44,317 nt of DNA, filler included, from Candidatus Sysuiplasma jiujiangense (GCA_019721075.1; 12 parts of 12 records of this genome joined end to end with filler, not necessarily neighbours in it); one strand, 5' to 3'. Shown: positions 27,941-40,866, numbered from the whole stretch's first letter. Made by a program: numbers and translations. The notes: a model not told the origin generated them from the letters alone.

Positions 27941-28451
27941 TTCACGTCACCCCTGCTCTGGATTTCTATCCGGAGGGGCTTCTCTTCCTCAAGGACGCTG
28001 AAATCAACGGTAAAGATAATCTTCCTGGAATTGGGAACCGCTATCGGGGATGTCAGGACGCCCAGGTCAACGAGCATGGTGATGTACTTGTCTATTGACC
28101 TCTGATCGGTTCCCTTGACCCTGGCTACGATGGATGCGAGATCGCTTGACCTTCCCCAGTGGACGTTTCCCTTCGCCGACATCCTCTTTTCCACTATTAT
28201 TTGATTGGTGTAGCCCTCGTTCTTCATCTCGTTTATTATGTCCGTCAGCTGAACGATCGCACGGTTTTTCATCCTCTCAATTTGTGTGTGTGTGCGTTTC
28301 GGTTGCCTTGAAAGGAAGGAAGAAAGAATTTGATCGACCACGAACCCCATGCTGTTAGCCGTCCCATGCTCACTAATAACATACTCACGGAAGGCTTCTT
28401 TTACACCTTGCGTGATACGAACGAAAAGAACCGCAGACCTCTCTGAAGATG

Positions 28452-28455
<4 letters not shown>
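27937..28455 (-). CDS. DNA-binding protein, RHH-like N-terminus and wHTH-like C-terminus (172 aa)
   Basis: LFVRITQGVKEAFREYV...VVDQIL; TDQRSIDKYITMLVDLGVL; GAGGTGA RBS. Confidence 0.55.
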
Positions 28456-28951
<496 letters not shown>

Positions 28952-28961
<10 letters not shown>

Positions 28962-29170
28962 GTTGACCCTCCGTGAGATAAATCAGGACTTGTGAGGTCT
29001 TTTTTGCTTGCGTGAGGGTCTTGTTTTCCCAGTTCTTTCTCCATGTATTCCCGAACCAGGCTGTTGATCAACTTGCCTATGGATATATGTTTTTCTTCCA
29101 TCCAGTCGTTCAAGTCTTCATCCAGCCGGAAGCTACGGATTACATTCTTCTTTTTTCCGTCTTCAGCCAT
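28952..29170 (-). CDS. Ribbon-helix-helix regulator (72 aa)
   Basis: IRSFRLDEDLNDWMEEKHISIGKLINSLVREYM; leaderless start below a TTATATA box; divergent from the next operon. Confidence 0.75.
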
Positions 29171-29303
29171 ATTGAAATATAACGCTAGGAAGTATATAAT
29201 CATTTTTAACTATGACACCGTTGAAATCGTTGTAATAAGTTTTTTATACTTCTATCGGTTATCATCTTATGACCTCACAAGTCAGAAACATGGAGGTGCT
29301 ATC

Positions 29304-29519
29304 ATGACCGATAGCGCCAAGGAAATGCCAGCTACAGAGAAGACTGTTACCGTCATGGCACAGCCCGCACAAATCGAGTTATCGACAAACGCCAAGGGCC
29401 AGCACCAGTGGAGTATCAAGCTCTATGGTGAGGAAATGGACAGCGGGCTATTGGAGAAGGTTCTCAAGATCGACGGGGAACTCTCAGAGAAATACAAGGA
29501 CGAGAGGGATGTAAGATGA
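29304..29519 (+). CDS. Small viral hypothetical protein (71 aa)
   Basis: GGAGGTG RBS; IELSTNAKGQHQWSIKLY. Confidence 0.65.
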   Translation: MTDSAKEMPATEKTVTVMAQPAQIELSTNAKGQHQWSIKLYGEEMDSGLLEKVLKIDGELSEKYKDERDVR

Positions 29520-30292
29520 TGAGCAACCCGGGAACCTGGACTGATGCACAGCGTAAGCTGTTATTCGGTCTGATGCATAAATCCATGCTGACCGCAGAGG
29601 ACATGGAGGCAACATTGAAGTTTCCTATGTCTGAATTGTCAGTGCAGGAAGCTTCGAGTCTAATAGATTGCATGAAGAACAGCGGTGATCTTTCCGCGGC
29701 AATGAATAAGATCAGGGAAGCCAGAAATGAGTCTGATGCCGCTGCAAAGGAAGAGGAAGCACAGGAGGCAACTCAGGCTCTCACAAAGAATGTGAAGAAC
29801 CCCATGAATGTTGAGAAGCCGTCAAGCCGCCCCCAGCTCATGGCAAAGCTGAACGGGATTCCACAGGAGCTGGCGGATATGTATTTCGCCATAATCGACG
29901 GAGCTCTCTACATAAAGAATCCCGGGCTTCTCTACATGGCTTCTAAAAAGGGGTATGCAAAGATAGAGTCCACTTCCCAGTCTGACGGAAAGGGCGGATA
30001 CATTGCCCTTGCGAAGGTCTACCCAAAGATCCCCATAGATTTCATAAAAGCGATAGCCTCCCTGTCTCCGGACCTACAGGTAAGGCTTCTCGATGAGCAG
30101 TATGGTCCGACTGTCGACAAAGGATCAGCAAACAAAGACAATGTGAAGAATACCCGCATGCATCCATTCTTTGAAGAGCTTGCCCGAACCCGGGCAGTTG
30201 ACCGCGCCCTCCGCCTGTATACCGGATATGGCGGCACTTCGTATGAAGAACTCCCCGATGCCGATGCGGAAGTTGGAGGCGAGGTTCAGTGA
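29516..30292 (+). CDS. Putative single-strand annealing protein (Rad52/RecT/Red-beta superfamily)
   Basis: GALYI..PGLL...A..KG and GSA...NV...ELARTRAVDRALR...G...TSYEEL motifs. Confidence 0.6.
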   Translation: MMSNPGTWTDAQRKLLFGLMHKSMLTAEDMEATLKFPMSELSVQEASSLIDCMKNSGDLSAAMNKIREARNESDAAAKEEEAQEATQALTKNVKNPMNVEKPSSRPQLMAKLNGIPQELADMYFAIIDGALYIKNPGLLYMASKKGYAKIESTSQSDGKGGYIALAKVYPKIPIDFIKAIASLSPDLQVRLLDEQYGPTVDKGSANKDNVKNTRMHPFFEELARTRAVDRALRLYTGYGGTSYEELPDADAEVGGEVQ

Positions 30293-30498
30293 TGATCAGC
30301 GAGGAGGCTGCCCTCCGTTACCTTGCGGCACGCATGGAAGCCCTCCACAGAGAAATTGACTTCCTGAGGGCTAACCTTCAGGCGGACATCGATAAAACAC
30401 AGGTTCGGCTGAATGGCCTGCCTCCTTCCGCCCTCACTGAAGCGAAGAAGCTTATCGGGATGTACCAGGATGTCCTGAAAAGGCTGGAGGGGTTCTGA
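30289..30498 (+). CDS. Small coiled-coil protein (69 aa)
   Basis: GTGA coupling, GAGGT RBS, heptad pattern. Confidence 0.6.
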   Translation: MMISEEAALRYLAARMEALHREIDFLRANLQADIDKTQVRLNGLPPSALTEAKKLIGMYQDVLKRLEGF

Positions 30499-30971
30499 TG
30501 GCCTCTAAATGCAACGTGAAAGTTGCATCTAAAAAAGGTGAAATTCATAAATGTAAAAAAGTCAGGGGGCATTATGATCCAGGCGCAAGTCCACATGAAT
30601 GTTCATGTGGATATATATGGGGTAGACGGGGGAACTGGAAGGAGGAGATGTCCTGATGTGCGACTGGTGCATATCACGAATTCCCTGTTACTGCGATTGC
30701 GAAGACAATGGGAACGGGAAATGTGATCGTTGTGGCCATTGGTTCAGAAATGATGAAGATGATGAGGAGGGATTCTGATGAAATTCAAGATAAGCAAATT
30801 GGATGAGTTCATAATCATAAACCATTATCCTGAGCCTTACTATGAAGGTGAAGAGCCAGAAGGAGATTCAANNNNNNNNNNNNNNNNNNNNNNNNNNNNN
30901 NNNNNNNNNNNNNNNTTAATTAATTAANNNNNNNNNNNNNNNNNNNNNNNNNNNNNNNNNNNNNNNNNNNN

Positions 30972-33900
30972 GGAGAACTGCACTGCCAGTGGTCCGAGCC
31001 CGGAGGTCTGGTTTGCAGCAACGGCAACATAGAGGCCAACGTCAATGGTGAAATTCCTGGTCTGGATGAAACCTCCCTGATCGGATACCTGCACTTCGAA
31101 GATGTCAGGGCCTGAGGAAGAGAATACATGATCTATGGAACTGCCGGTTTCATGCTGCCCTGAGGGGAAGATCCATGATATGCCATATGGCGCTATTCCG
31201 CCGGTAACGTTGGCGTAAAGCGGGAACTCCTCGGATACCACGGCCTTTCCTGTCCATGACACCTGGATTGTGGGGTCTTTGTAAACTGATATTGCAACAG
31301 AGGAGGATGCATCCATGCCAAATGAGTCGGATATGACAAGTTGCACGGTGTAATTGCCCGGTGACTGGAAAGAATATGATACGGTGCTGTTTGTGAAAGC
31401 GTGGCCGCCAATCACCCATTCATAGCTGTACGGTCCTACGCCTCCCGTACCGGAAGCCCTGAATTCATCGCTGACGTTAGCGTCCAGTGACGTCCGTGAC
31501 GGTATGATGGACGCCTGGGGATACGGGACAACGGTTACGTCCGTCACGTATGATGCTGAGAGGCCCTGGGAATCCTGCACAACAAGGCGAACCGGATAGA
31601 TGCCAGCCCTGGCAAAGGAATAATTCAGCGACCCGGTGCTGCCTGAGAGCGATCCGTTAACGTACCATGCATAAGAATATCCGGGCGTCCCTCCTGTTAC
31701 TATTGAATTGAAGGAATCCGTTACGTCAGGGTCAATGTTGGGATACTGCACCGCTATGGCTACACTCGGAAGGGCATTGATGCGTATCTCGATTGACGCT
31801 GACGCCGAGTTGCCGGAACCATCTGATATCTTTACCGTGATATTGTAATATCCCGCAGAGCTGAATGCATAGACCAGGCTCTGCTGGTATCCCACGAACC
31901 CTATGCCGCTTATTGACCATGTATAGTTGAAGAATGGCGTTCCGCCACTGACTGAGGCATTGAAATATACAGGTATGCCTGCATCCGTAGCGCTTCGCGA
32001 TTCTGTCACCGTAACCGAGGGCAGCTGGTCCACAGTTATGTCAAGGTATGCATATGCCCTGCTACCCTGGCTGTCCACAATCAGCAGGGAGATGTTGTAT
32101 CCGCCGGTGTCAGGGAAGGAATACTGGAAATACAGGCCTGAGGAGGTGTTGACGCCGTTCAGGTACCAGTAGTAGTTGTACGGCGCCGTTCCGTATGAAC
32201 CGTAACCCTCCCAGTATGTTGTTGTGGATTTGTCCGTATTGTTCGGGCCTTCGATCAGTGCCGATGGTTTGGCTATTACGGTGACGGTGTAAGAGGTGCT
32301 TGTAGCCTCGCCAAGGGAATCCCTCACCGTGAGGTTGACCTGAAATGTACCGGTGCCGACAAACTGCAGATGGAACTCCTGGGAATAATTCAGGATGGTT
32401 GATCCCAGGGACCAGGTATAATTGAAAGGCGAAGTACCTCCGGTTACCTGGGCGAATAGTGTGTCGTTTATGCCCTGGTCCACGGTTGCATACTGCCCTT
32501 CAATGGCCACTGAGGGATCAGGGTTCACCACCTCATTCACGTCTGCAGTTGCCTGGTTCCCATTGGCATCCGTGACCGTCAGGGAAATCGCGAAAGTGCC
32601 TGATGAGGTGAATGTGTAATTCACATATGCTGTTGTGAATATCTGGCTGTTTATGGTCCAGGAATAACTGTATCCGGGAGTGCCTCCCGATATGGAAGAG
32701 GAGAAGTTTGCCCATATTCCAGCATCAGTTGGACTGTGGACCACATGAATGGCAACTGATGGATCAGGGTTCACAATCTCGGTGAAGGAATACGATGCCG
32801 TGTGGCCGTCGGAGTCAGTTACGGTGACATTGACATAGTAGGTTCCAGCTGATGAGAAGGAATAGGAGAACTGCGAAGCAGTAGATTCCTGCACACCGTT
32901 TATGGCCCACGAGTACGTATCGGTTCCCGTGCCTCCGGTCACCGAGGATGAGAACGTTACGCTATTCCCAACGTCAGTTGGGTTTTGAGACGAGGATATT
33001 GATACAGAGGGGTTGTCATTGATTGTAACCGTGACGGTGGCGCTGCTTTCTACCCCAACAGAATCCGTTATGGTTACCGTAAGGGTATACGATCCGGCCG
33101 AGCTGAAGGAATAGGAGAAGTCCTGCGTTGTCGATATCTGGTTTCCGTTCAGCGTCCATGAGTACCCGTATGACCCGGACCCACCGCTTGGCGTGGAGCT
33201 GAACTCAATGGAATACCCGATGTCGGCGGAGCTTACGCTTGCGGTAGCCGTGACAGTGGGATCGGGGTTCACGGTCTCATCCAAGGTCTGGGTTACCGTG
33301 TAGCCGGCGGCATCTGTGACCGTGAGGGATACGGCATAAGTGCCGGATGAGCCAAAGGATACGGATACGTCTGAAGTGGTGTAAGCATTCCCGTTTATGG
33401 ACCAGGAATAACTGTATCCGGGAGTTCCACCGGATACAGAAGAAGAGAATGTCACGGAATTGCCAATATCAGTTGGGTTCTGGGAGCTTGATATTGAGAC
33501 AGACGGATCAGAGTTCACTGTCTCAGTTATGGTATTCGATGTGACTGAATACCCGGCGCTGTCCACATATACCACGAAAATGGAATATGTTCCGGCTGAG
33601 AAGGAGGTGCTGTATGATGACCCCGTGCCGATCTGGTCTGACGTTGATCCTGAATACCATGTGTATGATCCGCCGCCCGAACCTCCTGAAACCGAGGAGG
33701 AGAACTGAATTGTCTGGCCGGCGTCCGCAGGATTGAGGTTTGAAGAGGCGCTTACCGAGGGGTCGGAGTTGACCGTTATGGTGATGGTGTTGGAATTGAC
33801 GCCATACCCTGCGTTATCAGTGAGATGGACGTAAACATAGTATGTCCCGGCGGAACTGAACGTATAGGATGGGTTCTGCGAGGTTGAGAAGGATGAGTAT

Positions 33901-34310
33901 GATCCACCGGATATTTCCTCATACCATGTGTAGCTGTATGGGGTAGTCCCTCCGCTTGGCGAGGACGAGAATGACACGCTCTGCCCCGCATCAATGGTCT
34001 GAACATTTGCCGAAGCGGAAATTGTAGGGTCTGAGTTGACCGTCAGCGTCGTGGAATATGTTGACGTTGACCCAGCGTCAGTGGAATAATACATTGATTC
34101 CGTTCCTCCTGACCCGCCGGAGTAAGTGGGGTTTGAGGAACTGCTTGTAACCAGTCCTGACCAGTGAAATGTACCGCCGTTGACATCTTCGGCATAGGCA
34201 TTGTTTGAGAACGTAGTGGTCTGCCCCGCATCAACTGGGTTGGGTGAGGCTGACACTGAAGAAAGAGTTGGTGCGAGGGGGCTGCCTGAATAAGTTCCGG
34301 TTTCGTCATA
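30972..34310 (-). CDS. Multi-PKD-repeat glycoprotein (partial at both ends), homolog of 4975-9132
   Basis: Same repeat order, with near-identical stretches (STTTYWEGYGSYGTAPYNYYW, FPSGQHETG, DVGLYVA.AANQTSGLGPL). Confidence 0.85.
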
Positions 34311-34410
34311 NNNNNNNNNNNNNNNNNNNNNNNNNNNNNNNNNNNNNNNNNNNNTTAATTAATTAANNNNNNNNNNNNNNNNNNNNNNNNNNNNNNNNNN
34401 NNNNNNNNNN

Positions 34411-34508
34411 ACGGCTGACACTGCTCCTGCAAGAATGGAAGGTCGGTCATGTTTCAGAAGCTGATGTATCTGCGGCACTCATTGCCTAACCCTTTATGTC
34501 CGCCATAG
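34411..34508. mobile_element. IS element end (terminal inverted repeat 34485-34508), probably with a transposase C-terminus
   Basis: The reverse complement CTATGGCGGACATAAAGGGTTAGG matches 44219-44242 at 23/24; the contig ends 98 nt into it; a + frame ends ...SAALIA* inside the IR. Confidence 0.65.
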
Positions 34509-35680
34509 GATCAGAGCGAAATTATTTATGAGGTGGACGAGAATCAGCATCAGTCCTATCATTATGAACGGGTAAACTCCGCCTTCAAACGGTCCAAAAA
34601 TCAGGCCGTTTACAATTGCAAACAGAAATCCGAAACCTGTTATCAGCATTATAATCCTGTGCGGCGACTTGTACTTGGGATGGGTGGTAGCAAATACTCT
34701 TTTCGGAAACACAATGTCGTCCCTGGCCATGCCGTACATTGTCCGGGACAGTGAGTTGTTGATTGCGAGGCCAAACATAAAATAACTGTTGTAAATGATT
34801 GCGACAAAAATTAATGCAATAACTGGCCCGAGATAATGGCTGTATACTATAATGCCCGGATCAGGAGATGTCGCAAATGAAGCCATCTTCGAGACGCCCC
34901 AGCCCACTGTCAGGGCATAGGTCACAAGTATGACGGACAAATCAATAAGCATCACAAGGACAAGGGATCTTGGGACGTTCCGTTTGGGCTGCTTTGTTTC
35001 TTCGGCAACGGCTACCACGGATCCGGAACCTGCAAGAGTGGTGATGCCGATTATAAATGCAAGGAATACCGGCGTGTAGTCACCGCCAACAGGAGCGGTG
35101 GTAAACACAGACAGTGTGTTATGAGGCCCGACCAGGAAAATTACGCGACACCCGTGATTACCAGAAAGGCAACCCCAATTGAGCCTGCAATCCAGGCATA
35201 GTTCAGGGATGGCCTGATTCCAAGATATTCAATGATGAAAATGAATAACATGAAGGGCAGGATCAGGACAATCCACAAATACGGAATCGATGACAGCACC
35301 GGAGACAGCAGATACAGCAGGGATGCTGCTCCAAGGAATCCGAATGCAGGATAGGCGAGCATTTCATTGCCCAGAAAAAGCCATCCTGTGAATATTCCCC
35401 ATCTCTTTCCCAGGCCGTTGGCTGCAAAACCGTAGTAGCCGCTCGCGCTTGAAATGTATTTTGAGAACTGGTAGTTTGTGTTGACAAGGAGGAAATAACC
35501 CACCCAAGCCAGAAGGATAACCAGAGGCGTTGCACCCAGAGCAATTGCAGCCGTTCCGGTGATGAGCAATGCAAGATCCGCTGCCGGTGCGACATGCGAC
35601 TGGGACTGGAAGATTATGTGCAGCAGGCCTACTGCGTTGCGCCTCAGGCCGCCCTCATGTTTGTCACCGAGGCCGCTCAT
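34494..35680 (-). pseudogene. APC-family amino-acid permease, frameshifted near 35143 and truncated by an IS end
   Basis: Two ORFs (35141-35680, 34494-35108) join with one added base (...GVAVIFLVGPHNTLSVFT); AEETKQPKRNVP and SRTMYGMARD...FP...HPKYKSP motifs. Confidence 0.8.
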
Positions 35681-35725
35681 TCAATCCCACCGTTATAATG
35701 GCCGGGCATATTTCCAGTTCTGATT

Positions 35726-37219
35726 TTACCACCTTCTGATGATTACCTTACTGTCTGTGTAGAACATCACATGGTCCCTTCCGCCCTGCGCGTGCAGGTC
35801 TCCGAAGAACGATTTTTTGAATCCGCCGAACGGATAGTATGCAATCGGTGCTGCCACTCCTATATTCACACCGATATTGCCTGCCTCCACCCTCGAGACA
35901 AACTCATCGGCATACCTGCCCGAAGAGGTAAAAATTGTGGAGGCGTTTCCAAATTCACTGCGGTTAATCAGCTCAATGGCACCGTCAAAATTTTCAGCCT
36001 CCACCACGCTTGCCACGGGGCCGAAAATTTCCTCCCTTATGATGCTCATATCATGGCGTGCGTCATCGAACACTGAAGGTCCCAGAAAATAGCCTTCGCG
36101 ATAAGCCGCCGGCTTATTGGCTCTGCCGTCCAAAACCAGCCTTGCGCCCTGCTCTTCTCCCTTCTCTATGTAAGAAATCACTCTTTTCCTGTGCTCATCC
36201 CTGATGAGCGGGCCCATCTCGGTCTCCGGATCCAGTCCGTATCCCAGCTTCAGTCTGCGTGCTGCCGCAGTAAAAGCGCTGACTACTTTCTCATGATTTT
36301 CCGGCAATGTAACCAGGACCGAACCGGCCAGGCATCTCTCGCCGGCGTTACCAAAGAAAGAGGAGATAAGTCCCGGTATCACCCTTTTCAGGTCGGCGTC
36401 AGGCATGACAAGCTCGTAATTCTTTGCCGACGCTCCTGCCTGTGCCCTTTTATGGTTGGCTGTGGCCCTTTTGTAAATATATTCGCCGGCAGAGGTCGAT
36501 CCTACAAAGCTCACGCCGGCAATTTGCCTGTTGTCTAAAATTGCATTGACAACGGGTGCCGAGCCGTTTATGACCGAAACAACCCCCGGAGGGAATCCCG
36601 CCCTTCCTATCAGCTCGATCGCCTTCTGCATTGTCAGGGGCACCTTTTCAGAAGGTTTGACCACGATGGTATTGCCGAGACCTATGGCATAAGGGATAAA
36701 CCAGAAGGGAACCATGATTGGGAAGTTGAACGGAGCAATAACGGCAAAAACACCCATTGGAACGCGTATCAGTTCCTCGTCTATTCCACTTGATATGTTC
36801 TTGTTGTTTGTGCCCATGATGTGGTATGTGGCTGCGCAGGCGGCCTGAATATTTTCAATCGACCGCATTACTTCGCCCTTCGCCTCTTCAAAGGTCTTGC
36901 CATGCTCCATTGTTACAAGCTTTGCGAGTTCGTCTGCGTTTTCCTGCATCAGGTTTTCCAGCCGGAAGAGGAGTTTGATCCTGCTGGTAATCGGAACAGT
37001 GGACCACTTGAGAAATGCATCATGTGCGTAGCCTATTGCCCGATCGACTGAAGCCTTTTCAGTGTCATAGACGGTTGCTATTGTTTTCCCGAAAGCCGGA
37101 TTGAACACTTTGTACTCAGTTGTTTCCTCAGCATTTTCGAATCCGCCGTTCACGTAGTTTCTTACAGTTCCGAATTCTCCGCTCTTGCCTGCATTTGCTT
37201 TTTTCTCTGGAGTTAACAA
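35726..37219 (-). CDS. mmsA: CoA-acylating (methyl)malonate-semialdehyde dehydrogenase
   Basis: PFNFPIMVP, KPSE, FVGST, AKN, FGNAGERCLA, EEIFGPV, F.G.K.SFFGDLHAQG motifs. Confidence 0.9.
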   Translation of the reverse strand: MLTPEKKANAGKSGEFGTVRNYVNGGFENAEETTEYKVFNPAFGKTIATVYDTEKASVDRAIGYAHDAFLKWSTVPITSRIKLLFRLENLMQENADELAKLVTMEHGKTFEEAKGEVMRSIENIQAACAATYHIMGTNNKNISSGIDEELIRVPMGVFAVIAPFNFPIMVPFWFIPYAIGLGNTIVVKPSEKVPLTMQKAIELIGRAGFPPGVVSVINGSAPVVNAILDNRQIAGVSFVGSTSAGEYIYKRATANHKRAQAGASAKNYELVMPDADLKRVIPGLISSFFGNAGERCLAGSVLVTLPENHEKVVSAFTAAARRLKLGYGLDPETEMGPLIRDEHRKRVISYIEKGEEQGARLVLDGRANKPAAYREGYFLGPSVFDDARHDMSIIREEIFGPVASVVEAENFDGAIELINRSEFGNASTIFTSSGRYADEFVSRVEAGNIGVNIGVAAPIAYYPFGGFKKSFFGDLHAQGGRDHVMFYTDSKVIIRRW

Positions 37220-37847
37220 ACTTTCACCCTCTTATGAATCCATCTAATCGGAGAAAAGGGGACAGCATCCATGCGGCAGGCCTGTACCGTGCTGCTGCCT
37301 GTCTTCTCCTTTTGCATATGTCCAAAAATAAATGTTACAGCCGACCTTGACAGTTGCTTCATCTATGCTGAGCTCCCAAAGGATTTCATGGCCACGCCCC
37401 AGGCACACATCCCTGCGCGGAAGGACACGAACATAGGGCCTGTTCGGTTTTGTTGCGTGTTTGTTGCTATTTTATCCCGCTGTATTGTTTAAACATTATT
37501 TAAAGTTTATTTAAAATGACATCATGCGGGATAAAATGTAAACGATTCTGGCAATTTGTGCATTTCGTCCACCTATGTTTACTATGGCGCAATTTTCAAA
37601 AGCCCGTGAAGTGTACGCATCCTCAGCCGAATCTTGCGAATCCTGGAAGCGGCCTTTTATGTCTCACAAAGTTCTCCATGATTATTCCGGAGACGGATTA
37701 CATCAGTCATCAGCCATCTGGAAGACTGGAGACATACGATGGAAGANNNNNNNNNNNNNNNNNNNNNNNNNNNNNNNNNNNNNNNNNNNNTTAATTAATT
37801 AANNNNNNNNNNNNNNNNNNNNNNNNNNNNNNNNNNNNNNNNNNNNA

Positions 37848-40013
37848 TACCATCCATCCATCGGGCCGCAGGCAAATGTTTCAGATCCACTCGCATCAGT
37901 CGGCGTCAGCGCAACATATTACACTTTGGCATCAGAAAGCAATACGCCATACACATTCAGTGTGCCATTCTCGGAAAATTCATCATATACTTCGATCCCA
38001 GTATTCTCATCCTCTTCATCATGGACGGAGTCTTCAAACACCGTTGCTGGATGGACTCAGAATTTCGGTTCCATGTATTTCGGGATGTTTTCCGACACCA
38101 CGAACGTGGAGCTTGACCAGGTTGCCTTCAACATAGGGTCATCATCTACATCTGGTGGCATATCAGAGGCTATAGGTACGGTGTACGCGAATCTTACATC
38201 GCCTCTCGACGTGACTTATACATGGTCTCACACCTTCAACTACGCATCCATTGAGACGTCCTACGCCTACATTGACCCGCAATGGACTGTCTATGACTCT
38301 CCATTTACGGTTCAGGTTGGCTCATGGTCTGTTCAGTTTACAGATGTTCTTCAATCCGGGTATGTATGGTCAACTGCACCAAGCGGCATGACATCAAATA
38401 CGGGATCTCAGACAAATTCGATCCAGACATCCGTAACAGGTTCCAATACGGCGATCAATGGCGTAATTGGAACAAGCTACGGAACGCAGGGCTGTTTTTT
38501 CACTATCCCTGCCAATGAGGCGTCCTACAATATTGTGTTTTCCAACCCGTACGTACCCCAGATATATTCAGAGTATGCCGGGGATGGTGCCACACTGGAC
38601 TCTACGGCGACAACCACTGCTGGCATCCTTTCGGGGTCATACATAAACGAGATGTTTGGAAACGTTAATGGTGACCCGAATCCAGGCGGAAGTGGTTCAG
38701 TCGCAACGTCAGCTTCATCGGTGACATATACGATAACGCTTGAGAATCAAGAACAAGCCGTATTGAATAATGTTGGGAGCTACTTCTCAGGTTCGGTTGC
38801 CTACAGTCCGTCGAACCCCTCGCCAAATGAATTCACGTATGCCGTTCCTTTCTCCTACTCTACTCCGTCAGGTGCATACTTCGGGCCATATGAATCTGGA
38901 ACCAATTCATTCCTTACGGATTCAGGGACGTTTGTCCCGTCCGTGACTGTGATCGACCTTGAGCAGGTTGATTATTCATGTTCGCAGGCAGGATTCTTTA
39001 TCTCGCTCAACAATGGATCATACAGCCAACAATCCAATGCACAGGATCATTCCTATACCTACAGCAACACATATACTTCTGCGCAGACAATCGACAACTA
39101 CATCCAGACAATATCAGTCGCCAATACTGCTCCGCAATATGTCAGCTCCTATCTTCAGTTCATGGGAACCGGATCTGAAATGGAGCTTTACTTCAACATT
39201 TCACAGCCGGTCTTCTCAGGCGAAACCGAGGCCGTCTCTGTTCAGTGGGGCGACGGAAGTAATTCAAATGTGCAGGGAACAACTTATTCTCTGACATTCA
39301 CTCATTCTTACGCCAGGACGGGAACCTATACCATCACGGTCTCATTCAATAACGTGCCATCCGTCACTGAGGGGGTCCTATCTTCTATTTCTGGACCTAC
39401 GCAGGTTCTCACCTGGCAGGTCTCTATAGATCCGGTAATAACGCCCGTATACGGCAGCCAGCTTACGCCAAGCGAGCCTGTTAATATGCATTTCACAACC
39501 GTGCATGATATCGTCGGTACCGTCACTGCATACGATTCGGGCACAGAGTTCCAGAGCAACACGTTCGATACGGCATCCGGGAGCATGACAATGTATCCTC
39601 CAAGCGAAGGCCTGACAGGATTCACCCTGACAATAAAATTCGATGGCGCCTTTTACTCAATCACATACGAATATTCGAGCCCCCTCTATCCGGCATACAA
39701 CTCCACGTTCTTGGTGGAGATCGGCGGTGATTCACTGACGCAGCAGTACCCGATCACCATTACAAACGCCGGGACATCAGCAAGCGGCAATTTCGTATAT
39801 AACCTCACGGAAAGCAGCACCTACTGGTCGCCCTATGCCAACCCCTCGATCTCGAACGTGCTGTTCAGGTATTCAAACGGCTCCCTTATACGGGTAGAGC
39901 TCGTAACTCATTCCTCATCATCCGCGACATGGTATCTTTCCCTGTACTCAATTCCTGCATCCGGAAATGCGCCAATCCTCCAAATATTCTATCCGGCAGG
40001 CGAGGACGTCTTT
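37848..40013 (+). CDS. Large surface glycoprotein fragment (partial at both ends) with PKD-like and DUF2341-like domains
   Basis: Open across the whole contig; VQWGDGS...HSY..TGTYTITV; YPITITN...SNVLFRYSNGSL resembles the protein at 3-4553. Confidence 0.7.
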
Positions 40014-40113
40014 NNNNNNNNNNNNNNNNNNNNNNNNNNNNNNNNNNNNNNNNNNNNTTAATTAATTAANNNNNNNNNNNNNNNNNNNNNNNNNNNNNNN
40101 NNNNNNNNNNNNN

Positions 40114-40212
40114 AAACTGGCTTATCAAGCGGGATTGAGTCTTCTTCTCCATACCTGATTTTTCCTTTTGACATCACTTCACCTCAAACATCTGTTTCTC
40201 CTGTATGGTCTT
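40114..40212 (+). repeat. 99-nt assembly overlap identical to 22646-22744
   Basis: Exact match at both contig ends. Confidence 0.97.
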
Positions 40213-40743
40213 GCGGATGAACTCGGGGCTTGGCTTGGAATAGTACTTGAGAATTGTGGCTGCTGTATCACCTGTATTCTGAATTACTATCTCCATCGGG
40301 ATCCCGAGTTCCCTTGAGAGTGAAATGTAAGTGTGCCGGATTGCATGCCAGCTCTTTCTTTTCCCTAATACCTTTTCAGTCCATGACTGTATCTTCCTTT
40401 CTATCGTCTTATGCGAGAACGGAAAGAGGCGGGGATCCTTGCCTCTTGCCAGCGTGTTGATAAACCTTCGCAGGACACCTAAAACCTCGGTTGGAATGAA
40501 AACATCCCTATATCGGTCCTTCTTCTCATCCCAAATCCGGATCTTCTGTTCCTGTTCGTTTATCGATATCTCCTCAAGAGCTGCGATCTCTGATATCCGC
40601 ATCCCTGTATAGAGGCCCAGGAGGATGAGGGCATAGTCGGAGAAGTCCGTAATCGTTCTTAACAGCAGGTTCGCTTCCTGGGAAGTGAGGGGATCGTTCG
40701 GGGTCCGTTTCCTCTCTTTTATGTCTGTCTTATTTTGTTTCAT
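40174..40743 (-). CDS. int: Small tyrosine recombinase/integrase (catalytic domain only, ~189 aa)
   Basis: TGMRISE (R), DEKKD (K), WHAIRH (HxxR), NTGDT, ILKYY (Y). The start could extend to 40848. Confidence 0.9.
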   Translation of the reverse strand: MKQNKTDIKERKRTPNDPLTSQEANLLLRTITDFSDYALILLGLYTGMRISEIAALEEISINEQEQKIRIWDEKKDRYRDVFIPTEVLGVLRRFINTLARGKDPRLFPFSHKTIERKIQSWTEKVLGKRKSWHAIRHTYISLSRELGIPMEIVIQNTGDTAATILKYYSKPSPEFIRKTIQEKQMFEVK

Positions 40744-40866
40744 TTTAGGACTTTTTCTTGATTCGAGTTTTTTTCTCCTGATTGGGGTATATATATTCAA
40801 GTGGATCGGACCTCCCGATTCTGTCCTAAACGTGCAAGAATAGGACATGTCTTTTTCTCCATGGAA

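Noticed and set aside
37271..37802. Short ORFs upstream of mmsA
   Set aside because: No recognisable motifs; the region is AT-rich and promoter-like, and the remaining frames are cut by the contig end.
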